A stretch of DNA of 32,000 bases from Vibrio cholerae ATCC 14035 (lineage in GTDB: Bacteria; Pseudomonadota; Gammaproteobacteria; Enterobacterales; Vibrionaceae), in NCBI RefSeq assembly GCF_000621645.1, contig NZ_KK211323.1, positions 94,947 through 126,946 on the forward strand, read 5' to 3'. The translations under genes and the position numbers were made by a program. Below the pieces are notes generated by a model. The model ran no database searches. It saw only the letters and a program-made list of their open reading frames with translations, and was not told the origin of the DNA. The first letter of the stretch is position 1, and each line of letters starts with the position of its first letter. Shown here piece by piece: positions 10,888 through 21,057 of the stretch.

Positions 10888-10950
10888 TGTAAATGACAGG
10901 AATTGTGTGGGAATTACGCATTGTAGAGAAAGGGTGAAAGAACAGCGCGC

Positions 10951-10977
10951 AAAAAAATGCCGTCCATAAGACGGCAT
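10951..10977 (-). terminator. Rho-independent terminator after gloA
   Basis: Minus strand ATGCCGTC-TTATG-GACGGCAT followed by TTTTTTT, 20 bp after the gloA stop. Confidence 0.85.
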
Positions 10978-10996
10978 CATGCATCAGAATCGGCGA

Positions 10997-11413
10997 TTAG
11001 CCTTCAAGACCAGCATGGGCTTGCTTGTTTTGGATAAGCTCAATCATGTAACCATCAGGGTCTTTCACGAAAGCGATGTGAGTTGTCCCGCCTTTCACTG
11101 GGCCTGGTTCACGGGTTACAATGCCTCCCGCTGCTTTGATGGTATCGCAAGTCGCATAAATATCATCAACCCCAATCGCGATATGGCCGTATGCGTTGCC
11201 TTTCTCATAGTCCGCCACGCCCCAGTTGTAGGTCAGTTCAATGACCGCACCTTGGGATTCATCACCATAACCTAAGAAGGCGAGGGTGTATTTGTACTCA
11301 GTATTCTCATTTTTGCGCAGCAGGCTCATACCCATCACTTGAGTATAGAATTCGATCGATTTATCCAAATCGCCGACGCGTAGCATGGTGTGCAAAATAC
11401 GATGGTTGGACAT
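10997..11413 (-). CDS. gloA: Lactoylglutathione lyase (glyoxalase I)
   Basis: Start corrected to the ATG at 11413 ([23 protein letters not shown]), with AAGGAG 6 nt upstream. This gives 138 aa. The ORF-track extension would overlap nth. Confidence 0.93.
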   Translation of the reverse strand: MSNHRILHTMLRVGDLDKSIEFYTQVMGMSLLRKNENTEYKYTLAFLGYGDESQGAVIELTYNWGVADYEKGNAYGHIAIGVDDIYATCDTIKAAGGIVTREPGPVKGGTTHIAFVKDPDGYMIELIQNKQAHAGLEG

Positions 11414-11453
11414 TAAGAGCTCCTTACTTTCCGGATAACGGTTTTTTGGGAAA

Positions 11454-12095
11454 TTAGCTTTCTGGGTACACTTTATCTTTGAATTCACAAAGATCTTCGA
11501 TAATGCAACTGCCACAACGTGGTTTGCGCGCGACACAGGTGTAACGGCCATGCAGAATCAGCCAGTGGTGCACATCGAGTTTAAACTCATTAGGTACGAC
11601 TTTGAGTAGCTTGTGCTCTACTTCGTCGACGTTTTTGCCGACCGCAAATTTGGTGCGATTGGAGACGCGAAAGATGTGCGTATCGACCGCAATAGTCGGC
11701 CAGCCAAAGGCTGTATTCAACACCACATTGGCGGTTTTACGCCCAACGCCTGGCAGCGCTTCTAATGCTTCACGATCTTCCGGCACTTCACCTTGATGCT
11801 TTTCAAGCAAAATACGGCAAGTTTTGATGACGTTTTCGGCTTTAGAGTTAAATAAACCAATGGTTTTTATGTACTCTTTGACGCCATCAACACCTAGATC
11901 AAGCATGGCTTGTGGCGTATTGGCCACTGCATACAGTTTATCGGTGGCTTTGTTGACGCTGACATCGGTTGCTTGCGCGGAGAGCAGCACAGCAATCAGC
12001 AACTCAAAGGGGGAGTTCCAGTTTAATTCGGTTTCGGGTTTTGGGTTGTTAGCCCTCAGCCGTTCTAAAATTTCAATCCGTTTCGCGTTATTCAT
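11454..12095 (-). CDS. nth: Endonuclease III (DNA glycosylase/AP lyase)
   Basis: 213 aa. HhH-GPD motif [14 protein letters not shown]-terminal 4Fe-4S cluster C-x6-C-x2-C-x5-C ([17 protein letters not shown]). Follows rnfE, as in the E. coli rsx-nth operon. Confidence 0.95.
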   Translation of the reverse strand: MNNAKRIEILERLRANNPKPETELNWNSPFELLIAVLLSAQATDVSVNKATDKLYAVANTPQAMLDLGVDGVKEYIKTIGLFNSKAENVIKTCRILLEKHQGEVPEDREALEALPGVGRKTANVVLNTAFGWPTIAVDTHIFRVSNRTKFAVGKNVDEVEHKLLKVVPNEFKLDVHHWLILHGRYTCVARKPRCGSCIIEDLCEFKDKVYPES

Positions 12096-12121
12096 TAGAC
12101 GGGTTGGCTTCCTTGATCTGG

Positions 12122-12814
12122 TTAGACATTGGTCACGCGTGCACGCTCTATGGCTTGCTTTTGTTGTTTTGGTTGGCGAGCGGCAATCTGTTTATCAATC
12201 ACGCTTTTAGCGGCGATCAAAAAGCCAACGCCGATGAAGGCACCGGGGGGCAGCAGTGCCAGCAAAAAGGCGCTGTCAAAGTGAAACACTTCGATGCGTA
12301 GAACTTTAGCCCATTCTCCGAGTAGGAGGTCCGCGCCATCGAACAGCGTGCCATTGCCGATGATTTCGCGCAGTGATCCGAGCACAACCAGTACTGAGGT
12401 CATCCCCAATCCCATCCAAAATCCGTCTAACGCGGCTGGGAGCACATCATTTTTTGAAGCAAACGCTTCAGCACGACCTATGATAATGCAGTTGGTCACA
12501 ATCAGCGGAATAAAAATGCCGAGCGAGAGATAAAGCCCGTAAGCGTAGGCGTTCATCAGTAACTGTACGCAAGTCACCAGCGAAGCGATGATCATCACGA
12601 ACACCGGAATTCGGACTTCTTTCGGCACATAATCACGCACGAGAGAGACGGTGACATTCGAGCCGACGAGAACAAGAAGCGTGGCAATGCCTAATCCGAG
12701 GGCATTGGTCACGGTGGAGGAAACGGCGAGCAGCGGACACAATCCCAGTAATTGCACTAAGGCTGGGTTGTTGTTCCACATGCCATTTAACATCAGAGTT
12801 CGGTTTTCACTCAT
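12122..12814 (-). CDS. rnfE: Rnf electron-transport complex subunit E
   Basis: Start corrected to the ATG at 12814 ([33 protein letters not shown]), one base after the rnfG stop. This gives 230 aa. Confidence 0.93.
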   Translation of the reverse strand: MSENRTLMLNGMWNNNPALVQLLGLCPLLAVSSTVTNALGLGIATLLVLVGSNVTVSLVRDYVPKEVRIPVFVMIIASLVTCVQLLMNAYAYGLYLSLGIFIPLIVTNCIIIGRAEAFASKNDVLPAALDGFWMGLGMTSVLVVLGSLREIIGNGTLFDGADLLLGEWAKVLRIEVFHFDSAFLLALLPPGAFIGVGFLIAAKSVIDKQIAARQPKQQKQAIERARVTNV

Positions 12815-12815
12815 G

Positions 12816-13445
12816 TTATTGACCCTCACACGGATTCGGCTGATTGTGCAGCTGTTGTTGATGTTGGTTGACATACTCCACGGCTTTTTTGACCGCCAGT
12901 ACGACAGCGCGAGGAGTAATGGTTGCACCCGTAAATTGGTCAAACTGACCGCCATCTTTACGTACTTTCCAGTCATCCTGATTATCGGCGGTGACTTGTT
13001 GGCCGTTAAAGCCTAATACCCAATTACTGATCCGTAAATCAATCTTATCACCTAGCCCCGGTGTTTCTTGGTGGGCAAGTACACGCACACCAAGTACGGT
13101 GCCGTTATTGGCGATCCCGACGATCAATTTTATTTCACCGTTATAACCATCGGGGGCAATGGTCTCAATCGCAATGGCTGTGGGCTGGCCGTCACGTTGC
13201 GCCAGATAAGCATGCATGGGTTTGGCTGTACCGAGTTTGTCATCATTGACTAAAGTACAGGCTTGCGCCAGAGGGTTATCGTGATACTTATGTGGGATCA
13301 CTTGGTTGAGAACCTGCAGTAGCTGCTTTTGCTCTTGTTGTTGAATTTGCTCTGCGGTGAGGGCGTATGTCAGCGCCACCAAACCCGTTGAAACACAGGC
13401 AAAGACGGCGAGGATCAGGCCATTTTTTCGAATTGCTGTCAGCAT
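12816..13445 (-). CDS. rnfG: Rnf complex subunit G (FMN-binding)
   Basis: 209 aa. N-terminal TM anchor and an FMN-attachment-type motif ([14 protein letters not shown]). Confidence 0.92.
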   Translation of the reverse strand: MLTAIRKNGLILAVFACVSTGLVALTYALTAEQIQQQEQKQLLQVLNQVIPHKYHDNPLAQACTLVNDDKLGTAKPMHAYLAQRDGQPTAIAIETIAPDGYNGEIKLIVGIANNGTVLGVRVLAHQETPGLGDKIDLRISNWVLGFNGQQVTADNQDDWKVRKDGGQFDQFTGATITPRAVVLAVKKAVEYVNQHQQQLHNQPNPCEGQ

Positions 13446-13456
13446 AAGTCGCGCTC

Positions 13457-14503
13457 TTAGTGTCCGTAAGTTCTCGGTTTGGTGTAGTAGTCAATCAGCG
13501 GTACGCACATGTTGGCGAGCAGTACGGCAAAGGCGACACCATCAGGGAAGCCGCCCCAACTACGGATCAGAAACACCATTGCACCGATGAAGAAACCGTA
13601 AATCAAGCGGCCTTTATCCGTCGTGCTGGCGCTGACCGGATCGGTCGCGATAAAAAATGCGCCCAGCATGGTTGCGCCCGAGAGTAGGTGGATCATGGGG
13701 GACGCGGTTGTTCCCGGTGCAAAAAGTTGTGCCAGTAACGCTGTGAAAACCAAACCTGCCAGCATTGCCACTGGAATGTGCCAACGGATAATACGCAGTT
13801 TCAGCAGAATCAGGCCACCGAGTAGATAGGCAATATTGACCCATTCCCAACCGATACCCGCAAAGCCACTAAACTGAGGCTGGGTCAAGGTTTCACTCAT
13901 GGTGTGTCCTGCTTTGAGCGAGGTCTTGATCGCATCGAGCGGGGTTGCCATGGTAATGCCATCGATGCCCGTACGGATTTGCTGTAGCGATAGACCATCA
14001 CTGTCAAAACCGCCGAAGATCAGTGAGAACGAGTCTACCAGTGAGCTGGGTTCGGCGGTTAATTTGATGGGCGCCATCCAACTGGTCATCTGAACCGGAA
14101 AGGAGATCAACAACACTACGTAGGCGATCATCGCTGGGTTAAAAGGGTTTTGCCCAAGTCCACCATACAAATGTTTGGCAATCACGATCGCAAAAATCAG
14201 ACCGATCACGACGACCCACCATGGTGAGAGGGGCGGGATAGCGACCGCGAGTAACCATGCGGTAACCACCGCGCTGTAATCGCGCAGTGCTGAGATTGGT
14301 GATCGTTTACGCAGCAGCATAATGCCCGCTTCGAGTGCCACTGCGACCGAGATGGCCAGCAGTAACTGGATCAGTGTGCCGTAGCCAAAAAAGTAAGTCT
14401 GAGCGATCAGGCCGGGCAGTGCGCAGACTAATACCCAACGCATAACGTCAGCCGTGCTGCGCTTACTGCGTAAATGTGGGGAGCTAGCAATAAAGAAGGC
14501 CAC
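13457..14503 (-). CDS. rnfD: Rnf complex subunit D
   Basis: 348 aa polytopic membrane protein of the NqrB/RnfD type ([14 protein letters not shown]). Confidence 0.93.
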   Translation of the reverse strand: MAFFIASSPHLRSKRSTADVMRWVLVCALPGLIAQTYFFGYGTLIQLLLAISVAVALEAGIMLLRKRSPISALRDYSAVVTAWLLAVAIPPLSPWWVVVIGLIFAIVIAKHLYGGLGQNPFNPAMIAYVVLLISFPVQMTSWMAPIKLTAEPSSLVDSFSLIFGGFDSDGLSLQQIRTGIDGITMATPLDAIKTSLKAGHTMSETLTQPQFSGFAGIGWEWVNIAYLLGGLILLKLRIIRWHIPVAMLAGLVFTALLAQLFAPGTTASPMIHLLSGATMLGAFFIATDPVSASTTDKGRLIYGFFIGAMVFLIRSWGGFPDGVAFAVLLANMCVPLIDYYTKPRTYGH

Positions 14504-16824
14504 TAGTCTTTCTCCTCAGCGTTTAAATTAGATGATGATTGTTGGGCGGCTTTCCGTGCTTTGGCGCGAGCAATCGCGGCGGCCACCGCAGCTTTTTTCG
14601 GGTCAGCGTCGTCACTGCTTGGCGTGGCTTGTTCTGGCTGAGCTGTACTTTTGGTTTCCTGCTGCTCTGCTTTACGCGCTTTAGCGCGAGCAATAGCGGC
14701 AGCGACCGCAGCTTTTTTCGGGTCAGCGTCGTCACTGCTTGGCGTGGCTTGAGCTGGCTGAGCTGTGCTTTCGGTTTCCTGCTGCTCTGCTTTACGCGCT
14801 TTAGCGCGAGCAATAGCGGCAGCGACCGCAGCTTTTTTCGGATCAGCCTCGTCACTGCTTGGCGTGGCTTGTGCTGGCTGAGCTGTGCTTTCGGTTCCCT
14901 GCTCTGCTTTACGCGCTTTGGCGCGAGCAATGGCGGCGGCGACCGCAGCTTTTTTCGGATCAGCATCGTCACTGCTTGGTGTGGCTTGTGCTGGCTGAGC
15001 TGCGCTTTCGGTTTCCTGCTGCTCCGCTTTACGCGCTTTGGCGCGAGCAATCGCTGCAGCGACAGCCGATTTCTTATCGTCCGCACCATCACTGGTTGAT
15101 GCTTCAGTCACTTCACCTTTTTGTGCCTTGCGTTCCCGAGCTTGGCGTTTACGCTCTTCACGTAGTTTAGCCATTTCACTATTATCAGGCTCACTGGCAC
15201 CACTTTGCGCTGCTTCTGCCTGTTTGGCTTTAGCGCGTGCAATCGCAGCCGCAATAGCCGGTTTTACGCTGTTATCGGTTGGCTCGAGCTGAGCTTTTTG
15301 GGCTTTAACCCGTTCAATGGCCGCCGCAATCGCATCGGAGCCACCTTGCTGCTGCATCTCTTTGCGGCGATCTTCCGCCGCTTGCTTGAAGCGATTTTCA
15401 CGCTCCGCTTTATCCCGCTCCATGCGCGCTTTTTTCTCTTCGAAGCGTGCTTTTGCTCGTTCAGCGGCTTCCGCTTCTAAGCTGCGGGTACGAATTTCTG
15501 CTTTGGCTTGGCGATAGTACTGCACCAACGGAATTTCACTCGGGCAGACATAAGCACAAGCGCCGCATTCAATACAGTCTTTTAGATCGAGCTCTTCGCA
15601 CTTATCAAATTCTTCGGCTTTCGCGTGCCACTGTAACTGCTGTGGTAATAGCGATACCGGACAGGCTTCGGCGCATTGACCGCAGCGGATACACGCCATC
15701 TCATTATCACTACTGGTTAACTCATTGCGTGTAGGCGCAAGAATACAGTTAGCGGTTTTAGTGATCGGCACTTGCGCATGGGGTAGAGTGAAGCCCATCA
15801 TCGGGCCGCCCATGATGAGACGCGGCAGCTTTTTATCGGCTTTGTAGCCAAACTCATTGAGCAGCGCTTGGACAGGCGTGCCGAGCAATGCCCAAACGTT
15901 ACGTGGTTTACGGAAACAATCGCCGGTGAGTGTCACTACACGGCGGATCAGAGGTTCACCATGTACAATCGCGCGCGCAATCGCCTGCAATGAGCCGACA
16001 TTTTGCACCATTAAACCGATATCGGCAGGAATACCACCTTTCGGAACTTCCAAGTTAGTCAGGATTTTGATGAGTTGTTTCTCACCACCAGACGGGTATT
16101 TGGTTGGGATAACGCGGATCACCATCGGTTTGTCTTGCGCGGCTTGCTGCAGCGCTGCAACGGCTTCCGGTTTGTTATCTTCAATCCCGATGATGGTGAG
16201 TTTAGGCTTTAGAATGTGCTCAACAATCTCGATTCCCTGAATAATTTCATGGGCATATTGACGCATTAACACATCATCTGCGGTGATATAAGGCTCACAC
16301 TCGGCGGCGTTAATGATCAAGATTTCGGTGCGCGAAAGCCCAGATTGCAGTTTCTTCGCAGTTGGGAAACCTGCGCCACCCATACCTGAGATACCGGCCT
16401 GACGGATCAGCTCCAACAGTGTTTCAGGGGTCAACTGCTGAAAATCCGGCTGCGGCTGCAACTCAAACCACTCTTCTTGTTGGTCTGGCGTTAGTACGAT
16501 ACACAGCTCACTCAAACCGGAAGGGTGAGCGACGGTACGTGGCTCAATAGCGCTAATAACGCCTGAAGTTGGTGCATGAATCGGCAACATGAAGGTCGAC
16601 GTATATTGCGTCAGCGGCTGGCCTTTTAAAACGCGATCGCCCACTTTCACCAGTAGATCGCCGGCCTTACCAATGTGCTGCTTGAGTGGCAGTACCAGCT
16701 CATTCGGAATGCTCGCATTGATAATCGGCTGACGGTTGGATTGGTGTTTATTTTCAAACGGATGAATGCCGCCGGGGAAGTCCCAAAGCTTACCTGATTT
16801 GATTTGTTCGATTAATGACAACAT
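14503..16824 (-). CDS. rnfC: Rnf complex subunit C (NADH-binding, 2x[4Fe-4S]) with a repeat-expanded Ala/Lys-rich C-terminal tail
   Basis: Start corrected to the ATG at 16824 ([22 protein letters not shown]), with AAGGA 6 nt upstream. Two ferredoxin motifs are present, [12 protein letters not shown] and [12 protein letters not shown]. The C-terminal ~300 aa are low-complexity repeats. The ORF-track N-terminal extension overlaps rnfB and is rejected. Confidence 0.93.
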   Translation of the reverse strand: MLSLIEQIKSGKLWDFPGGIHPFENKHQSNRQPIINASIPNELVLPLKQHIGKAGDLLVKVGDRVLKGQPLTQYTSTFMLPIHAPTSGVISAIEPRTVAHPSGLSELCIVLTPDQQEEWFELQPQPDFQQLTPETLLELIRQAGISGMGGAGFPTAKKLQSGLSRTEILIINAAECEPYITADDVLMRQYAHEIIQGIEIVEHILKPKLTIIGIEDNKPEAVAALQQAAQDKPMVIRVIPTKYPSGGEKQLIKILTNLEVPKGGIPADIGLMVQNVGSLQAIARAIVHGEPLIRRVVTLTGDCFRKPRNVWALLGTPVQALLNEFGYKADKKLPRLIMGGPMMGFTLPHAQVPITKTANCILAPTRNELTSSDNEMACIRCGQCAEACPVSLLPQQLQWHAKAEEFDKCEELDLKDCIECGACAYVCPSEIPLVQYYRQAKAEIRTRSLEAEAAERAKARFEEKKARMERDKAERENRFKQAAEDRRKEMQQQGGSDAIAAAIERVKAQKAQLEPTDNSVKPAIAAAIARAKAKQAEAAQSGASEPDNSEMAKLREERKRQARERKAQKGEVTEASTSDGADDKKSAVAAAIARAKARKAEQQETESAAQPAQATPSSDDADPKKAAVAAAIARAKARKAEQGTESTAQPAQATPSSDEADPKKAAVAAAIARAKARKAEQQETESTAQPAQATPSSDDADPKKAAVAAAIARAKARKAEQQETKSTAQPEQATPSSDDADPKKAAVAAAIARAKARKAAQQSSSNLNAEEKD
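14549..15075 (-). repeat. In-frame tandem repeat array inside rnfC (period 120 bp, about 4.5 copies, one 117-bp unit)
   Basis: Unit boundaries (GCTTTACGCGC on the plus strand) fall at 14669, 14789, 14906 and 15026. Adjacent units differ by only a few substitutions plus one 3-bp indel. Each unit encodes [40 protein letters not shown]. Confidence 0.95.
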
Positions 16825-16832
16825 ACCCATCC

Positions 16833-17420
16833 TTAATTCGCACTTTTCTGCGCAGCAGGCGCAGAATCGGTCACATTGACCACAGGGATGGCATTGAGTT
16901 GCCACTTCCAGCTCTCTGGCGTGGTTTGTACCGGGATCATTTCAATACAGTCGGTCGGGCAAGGCGCGACGCACAGGTCACAACCCGTGCACTCATTTTT
17001 GATCACTGTGTGTACGGCTTTGTTACCGCCCACAATCGCATCGACCGGGCAAGCCTGAATACACTTGGTGCAGCCGATACACATGTCTTCATGAATAAAG
17101 GCGACCATTTTGACTTTGTTGTCCAGATCGTGGGCGGAGTCTTGCACTTCGACACCCATCAAATCTGCAAGTTTTTCAATGGTCGCTTGGCCACCCGGAG
17201 GGCATTTGTTAATCGCATCACCATTAGCAATGGCTTCGGCGTAAGGGCGACATCCGGGGTAGCCGCATTGGCCACATTGGGTTTGTGGCAAGATAGCATC
17301 TATTTGGTCCACGATAGGGTCGGCTTCTACCTTAAAGCGAATCGAAGCAAAGCCGAGTATGGCTCCAAACACGGCGGCCAATGCCGCCAGCGCAATAACA
17401 GCGATGACTATGGTACTCAT
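16833..17420 (-). CDS. rnfB: Rnf complex subunit B (Fe-S ferredoxin-like)
   Basis: 195 aa. N-terminal TM helix, a CGQCGYPGC motif and two 4Fe-4S ferredoxin motifs ([24 protein letters not shown]). Confidence 0.94.
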   Translation of the reverse strand: MSTIVIAVIALAALAAVFGAILGFASIRFKVEADPIVDQIDAILPQTQCGQCGYPGCRPYAEAIANGDAINKCPPGGQATIEKLADLMGVEVQDSAHDLDNKVKMVAFIHEDMCIGCTKCIQACPVDAIVGGNKAVHTVIKNECTGCDLCVAPCPTDCIEMIPVQTTPESWKWQLNAIPVVNVTDSAPAAQKSAN

Positions 17421-18001
17421 TACAGTTTCACCAATCCGGTAAAGCCCATAAAGGCCAAAGACATTAAACCTGCGGTGATCATCGCAATGGATGCGCCCTT
17501 AAAGGGAGCGGGGACATCGGCTACATGGATTCGCTCACGCATTGAAGCGAACAAGATGAGCACCAGCGAGAAGCCAACAGCAGCGCCAAAACCATAAATG
17601 ATCGATTGAATAAAGTTGTGATTTTCGTTGATGTTGAGCAGCGCAACCCCTAATACCGCACAGTTGGTGGTGATGAGTGGCAGGAAAATGCCCAGCAGGC
17701 GATAGAGTGTCGGACTGGTTTTGTGCACCACCATTTCGGTGAACTGTACTACGACAGCGATCACCAAAATAAAGCTCATGGTGCGCAGATACTCAATGCC
17801 GAGCGGACGTAACACGTAACTTTCCACCAGATAAGCGCACACCGAAGCTAAGGTGAGGACGAATGTCGTCGCCAACCCCATGCCAATGGCGGTCTCTAGT
17901 TTTTTTGATACGCCCATAAAAGGACATAAGCCCAAAAACTTCACCAGTACAAAGTTATTGACCAGCACGGTGCCGATTAACAACAAAAGATATTCGGTCA
18001 T
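17420..18001 (-). CDS. rnfA: Rnf complex subunit A
   Basis: Start corrected to the ATG at 18001 ([38 protein letters not shown]), which matches the RsxA/RnfA N-terminus. This gives 193 aa. Confidence 0.94.
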   Translation of the reverse strand: MTEYLLLLIGTVLVNNFVLVKFLGLCPFMGVSKKLETAIGMGLATTFVLTLASVCAYLVESYVLRPLGIEYLRTMSFILVIAVVVQFTEMVVHKTSPTLYRLLGIFLPLITTNCAVLGVALLNINENHNFIQSIIYGFGAAVGFSLVLILFASMRERIHVADVPAPFKGASIAMITAGLMSLAFMGFTGLVKL

Positions 18002-18183
18002 AGTTATATAAATGTTTGCTTCCGATCCCGGCATTATCCTGCTTTGCCAAAGCAATAACAACCAAGGAAAGATAAGGTTTTAGGTAGATGGAGATAAATT
18101 ATACGCAATAAGTGGCAAATGGGATGCGAATGGCAGGGATTGATAAGAGATCTTGACGGGAATCTTGCAGAGAAAAACATCAA

Positions 18184-18212
18184 TAAAAAAGCCCAGTCGT
18201 TACTGACTGGGC
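18184..18212 (-). terminator. Rho-independent terminator after tRNA-Asn
   Basis: Minus strand GCCCAGTC-AGTAAC-GACTGGGC followed by TTTTTT, 8 bp after the tRNA 3' end. Confidence 0.85.
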
Positions 18213-18220
18213 TCTAAATT

Positions 18221-18296
18221 TGGCTCCTCCTGCGGGACTCGAACCTGCGACATACGGATTAACAGTCCGCCGTTCTACCGACTGAACTAAGGAGGA
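18221..18296 (-). tRNA. tRNA-Asn (anticodon GTT)
   Basis: The minus-strand 76-nt sequence TCCTCCTTAGTTCAGTCGGTAGAACGGCGGACTGTTAATCCGTATGTCGCAGGTTCGAGTCCCGCAGGAGGAGCCA folds by eye as a cloverleaf. It has a 7-bp acceptor stem (TCCTCCT/AGGAGGA), anticodon loop CT-GTT-AA, T-arm GGTTCGAGTCC and an encoded CCA. Confidence 0.95.
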
Positions 18297-18311
18297 ATAG
18301 TTTCGGCGCGG

Positions 18312-18340
18312 ATTTTAACGACCCAACTAGTGGGTGTCAA
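18312..18340 (-). promoter_or_regulatory. Sigma-70 promoter of tRNA-Asn with a GC-rich discriminator
   Basis: Minus strand TTGACA (18340-18335), 17-bp spacer, TAAAAT (18317-18312), then CCGCGCC. An A/T-rich UP-like region lies upstream (18341-18370). Confidence 0.7.
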
Positions 18341-18426
18341 TGATTTTCAATGAAAAAAAGCGCACTTTTTTATGTCGTAAAGGGTTTACTTTTTTGTATC
18401 CCTTACCGCTATTGAGCTGTATTCAC

Positions 18427-18458
18427 TTATCCACCAAAATTGTGGATAAGTGTGTTAA
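18427..18458. promoter_or_regulatory. Inverted pair of DnaA boxes (DARS1-like core) upstream of uvrB
   Basis: TTATCCACC (18427-18435, 8/9 to TTATCCACA), AAAAT spacer, then TGTGGATAA (18441-18449, 9/9 on the opposite strand). A degenerate 9-mer GTGTGTTAA abuts this pair. Confidence 0.6.
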
Positions 18459-18882
18459 TGGATCTTGAGTTAATGTTTGAGCGAATAAGTCTTGAGTAAA
18501 TACTCAGTTTGATTTTGGTGTGGTATTTTCGTTAAGTATTTATTTTTTTGGGGAATTTTTAGCTTTTCCACAGTGGTAACTCAGCTCAGTAAATCGATGA
18601 ATTACAGACAAGAAAATGCGTTCAGAAGAAAATCTGGGGAAAACAGGTGGATTATTTTTTGGATCAAGAGTGGCGCTAGGCCGATGTAGGGCTGAGGATG
18701 TTAGCAAACCTCTATTGAGGAAGCTAGGAATATTTTCACGAAGATTAAGATCTGCCCCACAGGAACTACGAAATCTGTTTACACCACGTTGTACGTGGCA
18801 AAAAGCGAGAGAAGAAGTGCTTGATCATCCGGTCAGCATCCCGCCACAATAGCGCTCAACACAAAAGCGTGACGAGGATGCA

Positions 18883-20913
18883 ATGAGCAAAGCATTTGAA
18901 TTGGTTTCAGACTATCAACCTGCTGGTGATCAGCCTACCGCGATTAAGCAATTGCTGGAGGGGTTGGAAGCGGGCTTGGCTCATCAAACTCTGCTTGGGG
19001 TAACGGGTTCAGGTAAAACCTTTACGTTAGCGAATGTGATTGCCACCGCGCAGCGTCCCACCATTATACTTGCGCCTAATAAGACACTGGCGGCTCAATT
19101 GTACGGCGAAATGAAAGCCTTTTTTCCCAACAATGCGGTGGAGTATTTCGTTTCTTACTACGACTACTATCAACCAGAAGCCTATGTGCCGACCACGGAT
19201 ACTTTTATTGAAAAAGACGCGTCCGTGAACGCTCATATTGAACAGATGCGCTTATCGGCCACTAAAGCCTTGCTTGAGCGCAAAGATGCGGTGATTGTCG
19301 CTTCAGTTTCTGCCATATACGGTCTGGGCGATCCGGACTCTTATCTAAAAATGATGCTCCATTTACGTCGTGGTGATGTGATTAATCAACGTGACATGTT
19401 GCGTCGTTTGGCGGAGCTGCAATATTCACGCAATGATATGGCATTTGAGCGCGGTCAGTTCCGGGTACGCGGAGAAGTGATTGATATTTTCCCTGCCGAA
19501 TCGGATCAAGAAGCTGTTCGAGTGGAAATGTTTGATGATGAAATCGAATGCATCAGTTTATTTGATCCGCTGACCGGCGTGATTACGTCACGCGATTTAG
19601 CTCGCTTTACGATTTACCCCAAAACTCACTATGTCACCCCACGCGAGCGCATTCTTGAGGCGATAGAGCAGATTAAGAGCGAGTTGCAGGTCCGCCGCCA
19701 ATATTTGCTGGATAACAATAAATTGCTGGAAGAGCAGCGGATTTCTCAGCGAACTCAGTTTGATATTGAGATGATGAACGAATTGGGATTCTGCTCAGGG
19801 ATCGAAAACTACTCACGTTACCTAAGTGGTCGTGCAGAAGGCGAGCCGCCTCCAACGCTCTTTGATTACTTGCCTCACGATGGCTTGCTGATCATCGATG
19901 AATCACACGTCACCGTGCCGCAAATTGGCGCGATGTTTAAAGGCGATCGTTCACGAAAAGAAACGCTGGTGGAGTTCGGTTTTCGCCTACCTTCAGCCTT
20001 AGATAACCGCCCACTTAAGTTTGATGAATTTGAAGCATTAGCACCGCAAACCATCTTTGTGTCAGCAACACCGAGTGAATATGAGCTCACTAAATCGGGT
20101 GGTGAAGTGGCGGAGCAGGTGGTGCGTCCAACCGGTTTGTTAGACCCGATCATTGAAGTACGTCCGGTCGCCACTCAGGTGGATGATCTGCTTTCTGAAG
20201 CGCGCATTCGCGCGGCCAATGATGAGCGGATTTTGGTGACTACCTTAACCAAACGCATGGCCGAGGACTTAACCGAATATCTGCATGAGCATGGTGTGAA
20301 AGTTCGCTATTTACACTCGGACATTGATACCGTCGAACGGGTAGAAATTATTCGTGATTTACGATTAGGCGTATTTGATGTGTTGGTGGGGATCAACTTG
20401 CTACGTGAAGGTCTGGACATGCCAGAGGTCGCTTTAGTGGCGATTTTGGATGCTGATAAAGAAGGCTTTTTGCGTTCCGAGCGTTCACTTATCCAGACCA
20501 TGGGTCGTGCAGCACGTAACGTGAATGGTAAAGCAATTTTGTATGCCGACTCGATCACCAAATCCATGCGTAAAGCGATCGATGAAACCGAGCGTCGCCG
20601 TGAGAAGCAGCTGGCTTATAATGAGCAGCGCGGTATCACGCCGCAGCCTTTAAAACGCAGCGTTAAAGACATCATGGAGCTGGGCGATATTGCGAAATCG
20701 CGCAAACAGAAGAACAGCAAAGTGGTGCCATTGGCGAAAGTAGCTGAAGAATCGGCGGCTTACCAAGTGTTGACTCCTCAGCAGCTTGAAAAAGAGATCA
20801 GTAAATTAGAAGCCGCAATGTATCAGCATGCGCAGAACTTAGAGTTTGAGTTAGCGGCGCAAAAACGTGATGAAATTCATCAGTTGCGTCAGCAGTTTAT
20901 CGCCAATAGTTAG
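18883..20913 (+). CDS. uvrB: Excinuclease ABC subunit B
   Basis: 676 aa. Walker [13 protein letters not shown]-like IIDESH and a C-terminal UVR domain ([35 protein letters not shown]). Confidence 0.97.
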   Translation: MSKAFELVSDYQPAGDQPTAIKQLLEGLEAGLAHQTLLGVTGSGKTFTLANVIATAQRPTIILAPNKTLAAQLYGEMKAFFPNNAVEYFVSYYDYYQPEAYVPTTDTFIEKDASVNAHIEQMRLSATKALLERKDAVIVASVSAIYGLGDPDSYLKMMLHLRRGDVINQRDMLRRLAELQYSRNDMAFERGQFRVRGEVIDIFPAESDQEAVRVEMFDDEIECISLFDPLTGVITSRDLARFTIYPKTHYVTPRERILEAIEQIKSELQVRRQYLLDNNKLLEEQRISQRTQFDIEMMNELGFCSGIENYSRYLSGRAEGEPPPTLFDYLPHDGLLIIDESHVTVPQIGAMFKGDRSRKETLVEFGFRLPSALDNRPLKFDEFEALAPQTIFVSATPSEYELTKSGGEVAEQVVRPTGLLDPIIEVRPVATQVDDLLSEARIRAANDERILVTTLTKRMAEDLTEYLHEHGVKVRYLHSDIDTVERVEIIRDLRLGVFDVLVGINLLREGLDMPEVALVAILDADKEGFLRSERSLIQTMGRAARNVNGKAILYADSITKSMRKAIDETERRREKQLAYNEQRGITPQPLKRSVKDIMELGDIAKSRKQKNSKVVPLAKVAEESAAYQVLTPQQLEKEISKLEAAMYQHAQNLEFELAAQKRDEIHQLRQQFIANS

Positions 20914-21057
20914 CCTTTCTTTCATTTTTAGAGGAAGCTGCGCGATAACACGACAGTGTTCGCCAATCATAGGTATCTTTATGTGAATTAGGGATAAATC
21001 AGGCGCCACTGAGCAAGTGTTTAGGAAGAGAAAAACACTGATTTCAAACACGCAGAT

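Noticed and set aside
14549-15075. Possible CRISPR array, considering the regularly spaced repeats
   Set aside because: The repeats are contiguous with no unique spacers. The period is 120 bp, in frame within rnfC, and no cas genes are present. This is a coding tandem repeat.
14523-15517. Cluster of 80-190-aa ORFs in several frames on both strands
   Set aside because: They are all generated by the 120-bp tandem repeat inside rnfC, where a stop-free unit repeated gives long open frames. Only the rnfC frame continues into a recognisable protein.
16825-16905. 27-codon N-terminal extension of rnfC in the ORF track ([18 protein letters not shown]...)
   Set aside because: It overlaps the 3' end of rnfB in another frame. 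The conserved RnfC N-terminus begins at MLSLIEQIK, which has a proper RBS. Similar over-extensions were trimmed for rnfA (18061 to 18001), rnfE (12976 to 12814), gloA (11551 to 11413) and rnt (9247 to 9190).
16815-17597. 260-aa plus-strand ORF
   Set aside because: It is entirely antisense to rnfB and rnfA, whose identities are unambiguous. It is Arg-rich and low-complexity with no RBS, typical of a shadow ORF.
18184-18400. tRNA-Asn as an integration hotspot (genomic island or prophage junction)
   Set aside because: There is no duplicated tRNA 3' segment, integrase or foreign-looking DNA on either side. The flanks are rnfA and the uvrB regulatory region.
18616-18852. 78-aa ORF upstream of uvrB
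   Set aside because: It has no Shine-Dalgarno sequence, an Arg-rich composition and no recognisable domain. It lies in a probable uvrB promoter and leader region. I keep the region as a finding but not the ORF as a gene.
18400-18882. LexA (SOS) box expected upstream of uvrB
   Set aside because: I inspected every CTGT and ACAG occurrence, for example CTGTATTCACTTATCC at 18417 and CTGTTTACACCACGTT at 18774. None has the CTGT-N8-ACAG arrangement, so no SOS box is reported. A matrix scan could still find a divergent site.
20851-21051. 66-aa minus-strand ORF between uvrB and qrr1
   Set aside because: It overlaps the uvrB 3' end and would have to initiate just beyond the qrr1 terminator. It has no RBS or recognisable sequence.
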